DNA of 63,186 nucleotides, filler included, from Platydemus manokwari (Eukaryota): NCBI GenBank assembly GCA_037951405.1. It is 6 parts of 6 records of this genome, joined end to end, with 100 filler letters (N's around TTAATTAATTAA, not from the genome) between each part and the next. Parts side by side here need not be neighbours in the genome. Positions count along the whole stretch, not along the records: positions 34,470 to 43,713 come from JBBMOY011278207.1; positions 43,814 to 52,982 come from JBBMOY011288872.1; positions 53,083 to 63,186 come from JBBMOY011168769.1; 3 more parts are not named here. One strand, 5' to 3'. Shown piece by piece: positions 39,555 to 53,789 of this stretch (position 1 is its first letter; each line of letters starts with the position of its first letter). The notes under the pieces were generated by a model. It saw only the letters and a program-made list of their open reading frames with translations, ran no database searches and was not told where the DNA came from. The position numbers and the translations under genes were made by a program.

Positions 39555-42500
39555 GTTTAAATAAAATACCATTTTATAATATTTTTAACCTTATCAATTA
39601 TCCATTTATTGTGATTTCTATCAGATTGATTATATTGTTCGATTATTTTGATCAGTAATATCTTTTATACGATTATCGGATTAACGATTTCAATTCGCAT
39701 TACTTTTATTAAAGCTTTTCGCCGACAATTTGAGTAAAGATTGAGTCATTTCGAAGTAATTTCATGAGTTCTAGAAATTCCTGATATCACATACATCAAA
39801 GAGTCGTTAACTTGTTTTGTCTGCGCATTTACTATCTCTCATTGAGTTATATAAACAAATATCATTCATAAGCGGTCAAATGATTGATGACTGCTAATAT
39901 TTTTTTTAATATTTATTATAAACATAGGTAATTCATTAACGTTTTGTAAATGTATTCTGATTTGCATCTATTTTGATCGTTTTATGACCATTTTCATTTG
40001 ATCTTAATATCGACACATCAACTAACAACGCTGCTCCGATCACACATCGGATTTGCAATGAGTTTCCATCGAAAAATGTGAGGATAATTTTATCAATCGA
40101 AACGATAACACCATTTATATCTTATTTTTACAATATTGAAACACAGCAGATTTATAAAAATTTCATACCTAGGAAAATGGATAAGTTGCTAATGAAAAGT
40201 GATGCAAAAAATTCTGCAGTTTCAGATCTGAAATTACGGATTATTAATTAATAAAAAAGCATAATTTGAATTATGTCATTCCATGAAAAAGATACTTATT
40301 TCATGAAAATAGTATTTCATATGGGGGTTATAACCTATTACGGGGCCAATTTTAGGAGTGTCAGTAGCTAATATAATAAAAATTTTGCGCAACCCTATCT
40401 TATAAATATCGTGGCGATTTGTTTTTGTTTAAAATGAAGTTGTTAGCTACTATAAGGGGTTTGTCTATGGGAAATGAAAACAACGGATAACATTTTGTGA
40501 TTGTCTGTGAATTGATGGCGAACTTGTAACAATATGCGGTCAATTTTTATTAATTTTAATGAATTCCCAGTTCTGTCCAAAACTGAAGTGTAAAATGACC
40601 TGCAGAACCGGTCTATGAGAACTATATAATTCATCGTAATAATAAATTTTAAAAAAGACAAACTAAAACAAAACGATTATTTCCTCAAGAAATCTTTGAC
40701 AATTATCTCTGATACTCAAATTGATTCTTCAAAAAAAACCAAATATTTTCATGAAATCATTATTTTCCCTCTCGACATTTTTTTTTATTTTCTAAGATCT
40801 GTTAATAAATTAATGAGGTGGAAAAAAATATTTCTCCATCGTGTCAAAAATAAAATATTTGTAAACACTTTCATTTAATTGAAAACGAGTCTTCATTCTC
40901 ACATATGGAAAGAGAGAGAGGGGAGAAACCCATAGAAATACCCAGAGGGCTTATGCAATATCGTAAGGTAATTTGAATCCATATTAAGCACAGAGATTTA
41001 AATAATAATCCACTACACTGTAATACAATGCCACGAGATTTTCAAGATATTTTAATTAGAATATAATCTGACGATCGGATATCGCGCATAAAACATGAAT
41101 GAATATTTTTAACAATCATGTTTTATGATTTATTATATTGCTAATAATCCGTGTTTTTTTCTGCTGAATTATATCACGAATAACGACGATTAAACAAATC
41201 ATTTTTTTTCTTTTTGTAAAAACGAAAAATCTGATAATTTTTATGATTTCATTATAATTGTAAATGTTTATTATTAAGATAATAATAAATTAAATCGATA
41301 TTGATGTTCAAATTTTCAGACAGAAATCCAAACACATATTTTACCGAGACACCAAAGAGTTTGGCACAAAGTAATTCTTCGAAGCATCAGCTTAATTCTA
41401 ATAATGAAATTGTGCACTTGAAATCAATAACATTGTATCGTTCCAAATTTAAATGCGGTTATTCGTTTGCATGCATTAACTACTCGCGTGTTTCGTTACA
41501 TTGTCGTTACAATGTCGTTACAATAATTATCATGGTATAATTGTAGTTGTCAAAATATATCAATAATTCGATACATTGATTGTTTAATCCATTTTTTATT
41601 TTGTTTGTATATTATCTTTTGGCGAGATATTTAAAATTATTCAGAGAAAATCATATGAAAATCAGTTTTCATTGAAGAAATAATAATAAAAGTGGAAATA
41701 TCAGAGGAATTAGAAAAACAAATACAAAACCAATATCAATTAAAGCTGATAATATAATTTGTAATAGAAAATGATGTAACAATAGATATCAAAATATTAG
41801 GGGAATTAATGTATATGTTGTAATGATTAATTAGGGGGATAAATTACTAGTTGATGGCCATTAATTGTAAGAATGCACTTGCTTTGATTCTCGTTCAATT
41901 ACGTGATCAAAATTTCAAGAAGAGTAAGTCAATTCGATTACCTGACCATTTGCCAGTAAGTCTATAAGGCTAAGTAAGTCATAATTAGGGTATGCTATTG
42001 ATCTATACTATAGTAATAGTTTATCTCATTTTATCTCAGCTTTTTCTTAAGTTCGTGAGGTTGTAATAATAANNNNNNNNNNNNNNNNNNNNNNNNNNNN
42101 NNNNNNNNNNNNNNNNNNNNNNNNNNNNNNNNNNNNNNNNNNNNNNNNNNNNNNNNNNNNNNNNNNNNNNNNNNNNNNNNNNNNNNNNNNNNNNNNNNNN
42201 NNNNNNNNNNNNNNNNNNNNNNNNNNNNNNNNNNNNNNNNNNNNNNNNNNNTATTGAATATTATCCTTAACCAAACAGAATGAACAACAACTAGTCGGAA
42301 TATTCCTACTTTAAAAAAAATATATATCCAACCATTTATGCTTGCCATAAATCGTTTGGCTGCAATGCCATCATGCAATTCGATATCATCATCATTATTA
42401 ACCACATCAATTGTGAAATGAGATTCTGGCGATAATTATATCGAAGTTGCGAAAACAAATTTCAAGATATTTTTACGGTGTAGATAGTATTTATAATTAA

Positions 42501-42759
42501 TGCGTATTATTAGTTGGATAAATGAAACGGTGTTGAATAACAAGTTGGAATCAGATTGCTGGCAATACGGTATTAATTAGGAGATAAAATGCTTTTTGAA
42601 AATCATAAATATAATCAAAACCGGAATCAATATTTGTTCAGTCCATACATTTAATCAATAATAATTCAAAATGTTCTTCATTTGTTCGGTTTATCTTCAA
42701 CGTATTGTCAATCGATACTTTTAGACATGTCGATATTGAGATCGATACTGTTTGGTGAG

Positions 42760-43156
42760 TCAACATTGAGATCGATACCGAATTGTTAACCCATTGAAAT
42801 CCGGCATTGGTCTATAGATAATTAGAGTGAAAACCAATAAATTAAATATAAAATCAAAACTCTTTGCATTGATATATTGGCAATCGACGATTTGTATTGC
42901 GGCTCGTTAAGATCGTACATGGCACACAATCATCTCCATGACCGATTGTTATCGTATAACTGGAACTGGCATCATATCTCTGACCTTTGATTATCACAAA
43001 AGGTTTTCCTATTAACGTTTGAAAGTAAAAATTAGAACCACTAAATTGATTCTCACCATTGTCATCGATGTGACCTTGATTAGCAATGATAAAAGCTTCA
43101 AACATTCCCATAAATGATAACAATCCTAAACAGATGATTATTGTTGCCGTATTCAT
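42760..43156 (-). CDS. Small secreted protein of unknown family, about 117 aa, two exons
   Basis: Hydrophobic N-terminus MNTATIIICLGLLSFMGMFEA. GT-AG intron after CKE; exon 2 reads PMPDFNGLTIRYRSQC then TGA at 42760. TATATAAA about 45 nt upstream. Confidence 0.7.
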
Positions 43157-44949
43157 GTGGTATGGAGTGTAAAATATTCCACCAAATTAATTTTTTAATT
43201 TATATACAGAGTCTGTGAGGAATTGCTGATAATACTGCACAACACTCAAATCGGTTAATGATGTCATTCTCGTTAACTGTTAGCCAACAAGAGTGACGTC
43301 ATTTGACCAAAAATTCTTTCTATGCTTGTCCTTATTTAATTACTTCAGTAAAATATATTTCATCAATGGTGCTTTGAATTTGTTACTGACATAGCAAAAT
43401 AAAATGTACATTTTTTACAGTATTTATTTATTGTTTTATTGAAAATATCAATAATTATTGCTCAATTGTTGTTGTTGGTACTTGACAAAAAAAAGATATA
43501 ATCGATTTGGGAAGCGATTCAAGAAAACAAATCGAAAACTTTGATCAAAAGCAATTAGTCTCTTTGGTCAGAACGATTTTTTTCCCACTAATATTGTACA
43601 CAGAATTTAGGTGAAGAAAATCGACTTGAAATGATTTTTCACGAGACTTAATTTCTTGCTTTTCTGTACTTTTAGATGTATTATAAACATTAGAATATTA
43701 AAAGAAATATTAANNNNNNNNNNNNNNNNNNNNNNNNNNNNNNNNNNNNNNNNNNNNTTAATTAATTAANNNNNNNNNNNNNNNNNNNNNNNNNNNNNNN
43801 NNNNNNNNNNNNNTTTAAATAATATTTAATACGAAATATATTTTTCACATTGCGAATTATGAGTTTTGATTTTAACCTTAAAAGCGAAGAAGTCTTAGCA
43901 GCTAATATTAACGAAACAGAAAACCTGTGTAAAGTAGTCACTAAATATCAATTCCAGCTGGAATAACAAATTATTCATTTTGTACGGTGCAGTTAGATAA
44001 AGAATATTTGAAAATTTACCTAAACACAAATAATCTATTTATAGCAACAGATTCATTTTTTTTGAAAGTTGATAACAGGATTTTACAAACATTTATCTAA
44101 TAAGTGAATAATTAAATTGTTTTTTTCGTATTATCAAGTCATTATGTCGCCTAACTTTGGCACTTACTAGGGATTACTTAATCTTGTCAAACAGAACCAT
44201 TCTAATAAATGTGTTATCGTCATACTCAGCCCTTATAATAATCTTAAACTTACAAATAAATATTGGTGTATCATTTAAGTAGACTATTCCACTTTTATAT
44301 TTCATAGCTGTCAATACGACTGTCTTGAAAATAACCTGGTGCATCTGCGATTTGGAGTGGTCTCATTGTTTAACAATACTGACCATTTTTGGTAGAAAAG
44401 GCTGTTTTTTCGTGAAAAATTTTCTAATTCTATTTGGTAGTATGCATAATTAAGTCAATACATTTCAAGTACTTAGAGCCGGGTAACTATCATCTCTTCT
44501 ACATTGAGTATTGGAAACGCTTGTCTTTCTATTAGTTCACTGCATGAAATTCAGCCATAATCTACAATCTTTTCTTTTTTTCATCAAAATACAAAGAAGT
44601 AGAGTATTTAAATTTGAGCTGCAATTTCTTAGGATATTGATTTTTCACAAATTCCGAACCGTTTCATTTATATTTCTGTTTGATTTGCCATTTCTTATAA
44701 TTTTTTATTTCTTATAATATCACAATTGTGCTTGGTCATAATTGCATTCTATGTTATAAAATCTTTGGAGTTCTTTTCTACTTTGTCTTATTCTTTGAAA
44801 TCGTATAAGGATTTTTTGGTTATAAACTTTAGATTCTCCTCTTGCGTTAATTATCTATTTTTGTACAGTCACTCTTAATCGCTCTATTCTTTTTATTGTT
44901 ATTTCTTTCCTTGTTAGTAGACTTTCAAACGACACTAAATATAATCAAT

Positions 44950-45270
44950 TGGCTGCGTTTCCCCTGCATCTGTTAGATATATCTACGATTTTCTAAATTG
45001 GTGTAACATTTTTTTCAGGATGTCCTGGATATTGACAGTTTCGCAGCTGATTTTATTTGAGCAATTTCTTGCTATGTGGTTTCTTTCATTGCTAGTTGAA
45101 ACATCAAGGTATTTCGGTTTTGGACTATATGATCTGAGTTGTTACAGTTGTAGTAAGTACTTACCTGTATTCTCCTTACCTGCTCCTTTCATTTATGATT
45201 GGCCTTTTGTCTTGTTATTCAATTATTCGATCTTTTTAATTCTATCACTTTATCTAGCTTTTTAATACAG
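44950..45270 (-). mobile_element. Decayed gag-like region with several CCHC zinc knuckles
   Basis: Fragments YNCNNSDH, CFN..ERNHIARNC and CENCQYPGHPEK. Confidence 0.55.
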
Positions 45271-47519
45271 TTTTAATCTTCGCTCATTCAATTTCAATTT
45301 TCTATCTCAATTTTTCCAATAACTACAAAATATTTATACATAAGCATTTGTAGAATATTAGTATGTCTTTCCACAAATACAGCTTAAACAACGCATATAT
45401 TGTTGGCAAAATTATATTGGAAAATTACGCATATTGTAATTTAACAAACATAAACATCATACATAAATTAAATAAATAATAGAAACCACATGAACATATA
45501 ATATTAACTAAGAAAATAAATAGTATTATAAAAGTATATAAATACATAACAATAACAAAATAAATGATATGCACTGGATTCCAAGTGTAATTACAAAGCT
45601 AATCTTCCTATCTGAGATTAAAAAAATTAAAAAAAATTTAATTACAGTAGAGTCCAATGAATATCATCCGATGCAAATATTCATTCGCTATTCATCTTTT
45701 TAGTAATTCATTTATTTAATATTGTAACGGTTGTATAGGTTGATAGTCTGTATTGTTTGATTTACTTAAAAAAATAAAACTTTACTTCCGATTTCAAGAA
45801 GCTTCCAAATATACATTGCTTATTCAAGTTTTTATGTTTGTCAATAACGAAAATTTCTAGCCGCTGTAAAATGTGTTCAATGATTTTATAAGTTCCAGGA
45901 TATCATCTTTAAATAAAGCAATTCTGTTATTTACTTTATAATATAAAAACTAGCAAATAAAAATAGTTAATAAAAATTAAATAATAAACAATAATTAACA
46001 TAAATAAATGAAAAAAATTAAATTGATATTTCGAATATGAAGATAAGTAAATAAAACCAAAAGAATAATAATAAAATATTATGAATTTAAATATATGTGT
46101 TGTTTATGTAGTTTAAATCACGTAAATTCAACTATTTGAGTTACCTCCATGTAATGAAGGATTTCTTTAGTAAGTTAAATGAAGAAAATAAAAGTGTTTA
46201 TTTTCCTAAGAGAAAGGTCATTCTTATATTTAACTGATCAAGAATCCTAAAAAGAAATCAAAGTGTTGCTTACGATAAAGAATAGATTTTAATTTTTGGA
46301 AATGAAGCGTAAAATAAATAGAAAAGAAAACTTTCCCGTTGAGAATTAATCAAATCAGAAGAAAACCAAAAGATTTAATTTTCAAATAAATACAAGCTTA
46401 GCAAACAGATCACTCAGTTCTGAAATGGTTAATGAGTTGAGATCCCATCTACATATCCCAATATTGCCTGTGTAAATCAGGGGTAGAATTATTTTAAATG
46501 GAAATATAATATAATAAAGAGAAAGAACAAATCCACGCAGATGCAAAATCACAATTTTCTCGAGGTCAACAAAGCTGAATAAAGCATCAAAACTCGCAAA
46601 AAGACGTAATATAAAATTTGACTACGAACAAATGGAAATGAAGATGAGAAAGTATTGTGTCGAGTGAAACAACACCAGTTTTAAGATAGGAATAATGATA
46701 AAGACCTGAAAATGCTGATACAGACTTAACAAAAGTTTCACGTTATAAGAAAAGAGGGAATCCCTGAGAATTAAAAATGATACATTATACTATAAAAAAG
46801 TAAATATTTCCATAAATTATCAGTGGTTAAAACAGTGACGGTTGCAAAACCGTTTTACAAATTATGCGGTAATAGATTAGCTATTCTATTAAAGGTTACA
46901 CAGAAAATAAACTTATGATCTCCATAATAACTATAATCAGGTAGAAAAAATCGGAAAAATGCATAACTTCCAAAACGACGATGCATGAAGGAACAATACG
47001 AGTTTTGAAAAGATATAATTGAATGCTCACGTGTAAATATTTGTTTCCAATGAAATTATGGATTTAAAAAACAAAGTGCTGGAAACTTATCAGGCTTTTC
47101 TATGCCTACACAATAGATTAATATCAAATAAATGGTTGATTGTTTGTATGAAGTATTTTTCTTATTTTCTTTCAAATTTTGTAAAAGAAAATGTGAATGA
47201 TTGTATAAAGGGATAATAACTTAAATTCAGATAGTATAACTTCACATTTTCATTCATATCGTTTACAAAATATTTTAGTAAAAAGCTTTCTACAAGTTTG
47301 CAAGTTAACTGTTATCCTTTGCTTTTATCTTGTTGATTTTACAATTTCCTCTATAAAAAATTGTAAAGAATTAAAGAATTTGCGATTATCAATAAAATAC
47401 TGATATTTGTCGAGGATTATTGATCTCGCTGACACTAATCTTAGTCTAAAATTTCAATTTTAATCACACTTTTATTTTTTTTTAAAGCTATAATCCAATC
47501 GTTATCTAAAGTTATCAAG

Positions 47520-49380
47520 TTATAAATGTTGGAGAAGTACTAATTGATAAAGAGAGATTATTAGATGTTATTAATAACTTTAGTGAACAATTAAATGATG
47601 ATTTATTAAAACTTAACCGTAATGGATAGAATATATGTTAGAATATATATTAGAAGATATTAAAATAAATATCGCTAAAATAAATGTATTAGCAGGTGAC
47701 AGTTCTTGATCTTTATCCTTTAGAAACATAGAGTATCACAATTATGATAATCATTGTTTTTGTATTCTGTATTAGCTCATTTATATCAGATTGATGATAA
47801 GAAATATCCAGATAGATCCAACTATTATTTACAACGTATTAATGAATTAAATTTAGATATAATAACATTTCAAACGTCGATTAATGAAATCAAGACATTT
47901 GCAAGAAACACAATTGCAAGATAATTTTTATGTTATAAAACTTAAGAGTAACGAAAGAAAAAATAATAAGGTATTATCGATCTACATATTTGAAAAAGAA
48001 AAATATATTCAAGACATCAAATTATTTTATTTAAAACAAAACGGTGATACTCATTACCATTATATAAAAAAAATTCAAGAGTTTTATGGAAATGAAAACA
48101 AACTGCAATCCCAGACATTAAATATATGTGAGAAATGTTGTAGTAATTTAGTAAATGAAAATAGTTCTGTTAATCATCAAAGAAAGTGAGGCAAAGATGG
48201 AAAAGAAATAACCAAAATAATTATTACTTAACTGGAAAATCATATTAAATTTTCAAAATTATTACCATCTAATAATAATTCCATTTGTAACAGTCGCTGA
48301 TATGTGTTAATATGAAAATAATAAGTTAACCTTAGGATACCCAGATCTAATAAAGAATGAAAATAAATTGTTTCAAAGGTGCAAATTATGCAAAAAATTT
48401 ATATTATGCGTGGTACATAACAAAAGTAGATTTAAAAGAAAACTAATTACAAAATATGGAATAGGTATGTTAAATGAAATTGAGTTTTAATTAAAACCAA
48501 TTATTCAACTAATAAAGCTTTTAGAAAGTATTGGAAAAGTTAGAGTTCACGGTCATCATTTAAAGGAAAATGACTATAGAGAAGCAGCGTGTAGAAATCG
48601 TAACTCATTAGCCAGGAATCCAAAAGGTATTCCATTATATTTGCGTGATGGATCTAAATATGACTTCCATTCGATAATAAAATAATTAGCTGAAAACGTG
48701 GAAGAAATAAAGATATTACCTTTAACATATTAGATTTATATTTGATTTAATTATAGTTGCATAATATCTACAAATTCATTAAGATTATTTCAAAGGTCTT
48801 TAGATAGAATAAGTAAATCAATGAAAGATGAAGAATTTACTGGGTTAAGAAAAGTTTGAAAGTAATCTTGCTATAATTAATGAATATTATATGTTTCGGT
48901 ACTGGTATTTATTAAAAAATGAACAGTGTCAAAGAACTCATGAAGTTTGGAATAAATTTAAAACCATATGCAATATTCTTTAAAGTATAAGGTAAGAATC
49001 AAAGAGACAAGATAAGAAAACAAAAGGCTTCTTTATTTAAGTTATTGATTTGTGATAAAACAGATAAACAAAATTATGTTGTGCATTACAAAAATCTTTA
49101 GTTTTCTTTAAAAATAAGAACGAAAATAAATTGGATATAAATAATTAATGATAAACCATGGTTGAAAAGATATATTTAATTAAATACAGATTTAAGAACT
49201 AGATACACATCTGATTTTGAAGAAATATATCTGGTAAAACGATGGAAAATATACAGAAAAGTGTAAACATCAAATTACTTGCAGATCCATTCAATTACAA
49301 TTGCATAATTAGCTCGATAACTTTTTAAATTCGAAGGAACTTCATCCAAAGATATTTCTTATAAAGGAAATACGATAAGT
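47520..49380 (+). mobile_element. Decayed Polinton/adintovirus-like DNA polymerase B (copy 1, central deletion)
   Basis: DNHCF.YSVLAHL, LFYL...THYHYIK, ICEKC, endonuclease-VII-like VRVHGH...YREAAC.N.N, IPLY..DGSKYDFH.I, SLDRI, DKQNYVVHYKNL, PWLKRYI.LNT and GKTMENI. Confidence 0.85.
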
Positions 49381-49392
49381 TGAAGACTTCGT

Positions 49393-49760
49393 TTATACTT
49401 GTTTTAAGTGTAATCCCAATGATATTTTATTTTCATTGAAGTCTATGAAATCATCTTATTTATCTGTAATATTAGAGGTAATTTACTTAATATATTTATT
49501 AAATATCGGGATGATGATGACTTGATTTCCCTTTTTAATGTACAAATAACCAGGACGAACACTATCTACTTGAAACATACAAATAATTTTTGTGACTTTT
49601 CCAGATACATAACTTCCATCTACTAAAGAAAATTTAGCATTTATTGATGTAAGTTCAGAAATATTTATTCTAACAAATGAGTTAGAACTGGATATATTTC
49701 AAGATTATCAAATTCTAATACAGATCCTAAGGTAATAAACTTTAAATTTCTCATTGCAAT
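49393..49760 (-). mobile_element. Decayed Polinton-like minor capsid (penton) gene, convergent with the polymerase
   Basis: SLVDGSYVSGKVTKIICMF...RPGYLY...IIPI...ITD...FIDFNENKISLGLHLKQV matches the GSY.NG...PGY...I.D...IDF...LHL pattern; internal stops. Confidence 0.7.
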
Positions 49761-52171
49761 TGATTTCTATTTTAATTAATTTAAATTAATTTTACATATA
49801 ATTGCAATGTTAGATTTTCTATATTTAGCAAAAATCACATAATTTTAAATATCTAATAGAAACAAAACATAGTTTGAGAACCAATTTCCATTTCTATATG
49901 AGTTGAAATTTTAAAATCATTTTGTTTTTAATTTTAAATTGTGTTAGTTAACTACAGACATGTTTAATAATGCCATTGCTTATTTTATAAAATAATTGTA
50001 AAAATTGAGAATATCACTCGATGTGCTTGTAATATTTCCAAATTCGGTCCTCACTTATTTTAATTAAAATGAATTTCACCTAATTTGATCCTTTTTAAAT
50101 AATGTAATTTTAGAAGATTTTAAGCCTTTAGAGTATTTAATAATTTTGCCATACATTCATCATATTTAAAAATTTATTTAAGTACTCTTTATCTTAACTT
50201 TAGCCCGAATATCTGTTACAGTACCAATAAAATCAACACTATTAAATAAAATAATCAAAATTTTTATTTGATGTTCTTAGTGATGTTAATTTTTAATGGA
50301 AATTTCTATGTTAATTTTCCTTTGTATTTGCAAAATTGAAACAAATGCGTCGAAAACATACGCAACACAATAAGAGGAATTTGAAACTACCGGTTAAACT
50401 GTTTTTTATAAACTTTAAATCTAAACCAAATCGATGAACAGAGAGTTCAAAAATCTCAAATAGGTCATTACAGACACTCTCTATATACTGTGAAATATCA
50501 TCGTCTTTCTTAAAGACAGCGTTGAATTTCAAAATTCCAAATATCAGCATGCCTGAAAAATCTCTTTTTCATTATTTTTATTTTGCAAATATACCTTCCT
50601 ATTTTGAAAATTGTATATTTTGTGCTTCCTTTTAAATAAATTATTGATTTCCCATTTCAATGCACTGAAATTAATCTTGTAAAACATAAATGTTTATGAT
50701 AAATGAATTTCTGATATTTGCACGTTCAATAAGCCAATAGAGCTAATTATCATTATTTCTATTATTTTACTGAATTAACCATCATGATATTAATCTATTT
50801 ATTAAAGGTAATTGATAAATTTTGATTGGTGAAAACACACATTTTCAAATAATGATACAATTAATAATAGTTTAGTCAGATAATAAATGAAGTAGTTTAA
50901 GTGAGGGGGATAACAATACAAATTTAATGTGACATTATAATATTGCTTGAAAATGTATTTTATAAGGACAGTGAATATTATATTTTGAAATTTTCTTTTA
51001 CGCTTTAAGCTTTGCTGTTTTTACAATTTCTTTCATGATAGAAGATTTGAAGAATTGAAAAATGTGAGGATCAAGATAACAAGACTAAAACATTGATTCT
51101 TGTCTCATTAATAAATGAAGATTCTGTACGAAGATTCAGCATTTTATTCATAAATAGTATTTCACATACAACATTGAATTCATTAGGAATAAATTGACGT
51201 ATCAGTTTTGTGCTGCAATCAAAAGCTTGGTATCAATGTGTTCATTACTTATTTATTAATATAAATTTAGAATTTCTCATTGTTGAAAATTTATTTGTTT
51301 TAACTTACGAGGGAAACTGTCTTATGTTTCACATCATTGTTTTACATTCAAGGCATTATATTTAGTCATAGGGAAATATTAGAAATGAAATTGAACTGGC
51401 TAAAAGGACAGAAAGAGGCCTGTCAATTATTTATTTTTTATAATTTATTCATGTCATGATATTGATAAATTAGCGAGAGAAAAAAACCAAAAATATTTAT
51501 TTAAAAAAACAAGCACATAATAACCAAATGTAATTCACACGAAAACGAGGGAATATTTACAAACAAATATCATAAACAATAATTAATTCATCTAAATATA
51601 AATAATAGCTAATAATATTTGCAAATTTATTTATAATATAAATAAATAAAACGGCCTAAATCAATAATACATGGAATATTTTTTAAAATTATCATAAAAT
51701 AACCTTGAACCTAAGTATCTTTATTAGTCAAAAATAAATTGTATATGATAATATTTAAACAGGAAATAAGTTTTGATTAAATTAATTTAAATTATTAATT
51801 GTTTTTGATAGTGGCTCAATGTATTTATGAGATAAAAATTCATTGATAATTTGATTTTAATAAGCTTTCTATACATATTAATACTTGAATGACTTTCATA
51901 AAGTTTTTATAGAAACACATACATGATTACAGATTAATTATGTAAATAATTTAAAATTACTTGTGTTAACCGCTACTATTTTAAAAACCACATATTAAAA
52001 ACGAACTGAAAAGTCAAGATACAAACAATCTATTTTAAATCCAAATATTTAAACTAAAAATTCTAATTTTACATTAATTTAATTTTTTATAAATTAAAAT
52101 TAAATCTGAATAAAATTTGAACAAAATGTGAATTAAAATTGTTTTGAATTAAATTGAAATTTAATTCATAA

Positions 52172-52982
52172 TACTGTAATCAAACAAGTATAATGCTCCC
52201 CCTACTTTTAAAATTAAAAACTGGTCTTTATGGCATACCCAAGTATAACGCTCCCCTAAGTTTTCAAATTTGTATGTTGAAAATTAAAATTTTTTATGAA
52301 TAAAAAAAGTTTATGAAACTCTTCCGGATCAACTTTGTCTTCATATTCTTCATTTTCTTCGTTTGTGTCTTCTTTCCAGAGTTCATCATCTTCGGTGCCA
52401 TCTAAATTATTTGAGATTTCATTCTTCAGGAATCCCTTAACAACTATCTGAGATGGAATGTCATCCGAGGCTTTTTTGACCCAAGTAGAGACTAGAGACA
52501 AGCTAGGTTTCTTGAAGTTTCCATTTTTGGTCTGTTCTTGATGGCCAGAGGTCATCCAATCCATCCATTTTTGCCTCATTCTGTCCTTGAATGGTTTGTT
52601 CAGAACGACATTCAGCGGCTGCGGGATAGATGTCAAGCCACCAGGAATCACTGCTTGGGTGGTATTGAGAGAAGTACATTTTCTCTTCACTTTGTCAGTT
52701 ATACGTGCTCTGAACTGATCCCACACTAAATTGTATTTCTTTAAGAGAGCTCCGGGCCTTCTATTACAAACTTAATTAAGCTACGGCACAATTCCTTCTT
52801 CATCCATCCATCCTTTGAGATGCACATGGATCACCACACTATCTGGAAATTTCTCTTTTGAAACTGTCTTTCGTTTAAAAATCATAATTGGCTTATAGTT
52901 CCATTAGCCATGCAAACCAGAACTGCGGTGAAGTGTGTCTTTTCATATCCGGTTGTTCTGATTTGGACAGTTCTGCTACCTT
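52172..52982 (-). mobile_element. pogo-family (POGK-like) DDE transposase, 3' half and terminus
   Basis: TTGYEKTHFTAVL.CMANG, KGWMDE, WDQFRA, VIPGGLTSIPQPLNVVLNKPFKD, LDGTEDD. Terminus TA|CTGTAA with subterminal repeats CAAGTATAA(T/C)GCTCCC at about 52185 and 52240. Confidence 0.9.
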
Positions 52983-53082
52983 NNNNNNNNNNNNNNNNNN
53001 NNNNNNNNNNNNNNNNNNNNNNNNNNTTAATTAATTAANNNNNNNNNNNNNNNNNNNNNNNNNNNNNNNNNNNNNNNNNNNN

Positions 53083-53780
53083 TAAGACTATTTCAAAACT
53101 TTGTCTATAAGATAAGTAAATCAATGAAAGATGAAAAATTTCTAGAATTAAGAAAAGTTTTCTGAAAATTATTTAATTATGAAGGAGAAAGTAATTTATT
53201 CTTATGATTATATAGCTTCATTTGATATATTAATTGAAACTAAATTACCTCCATTAACATGGGAATCAAGATTAAAAGAAGCCAATATAAACTCAGAATT
53301 GTTTACAAATCAAACAATGTACGAAATGATGGAAGAAGGAGTAAGAGGAGGAATATCATCAGTAGTTGGTAAAAGATATGTTAAAGCTAATAATAAATAT
53401 ACTAATGATAATATAGATTGTTATTATTATCCAGAGGAACATGAATTTAAAAAATAATAGAAAACTAATAGAATACCAAATGAATCTTTCGGTTTAGGTA
53501 AATATTTTGACAAGAATTATTTAATGTAGATTGATGCTAATGAGATATTTTAAATGGGTTGAAGAATTTAAATAATATTGATAAAAATTTAGAAGGATTT
53601 ATTTCTTCAGTAGTAAATCAATTACCATCCAATAAAAAACATCCGAGTTTAGGAATGATTTTATAAGTTGATTTAGAATGCACAAATTGGTGTACAAAAC
53701 TAACAAAAAAATTTCCTTTAGTTCCAGAGAAAAAGAAAGCAAATTTTGAAATTAGTGAAAATCAGAAAAAACAAATTTCC
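53083..53780 (+). mobile_element. Polinton/adintovirus-like DNA polymerase B fragment (copy 2)
   Basis: KVIYSYDY...ETKLPP, MYEMMEEGVRGGISS...RYVKANNKY, YLM.IDAN, VDLE, FPLVPE. Its start is homologous to 48780-48860. Confidence 0.85.
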
Positions 53781-53789
53781 AGAGAAAAC

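Noticed and set aside
38280-41540. Scattered candidate plus-strand exons near 38320, 40920 and 41325
   Set aside because: No consistent spliced frame or recognisable protein could be built.
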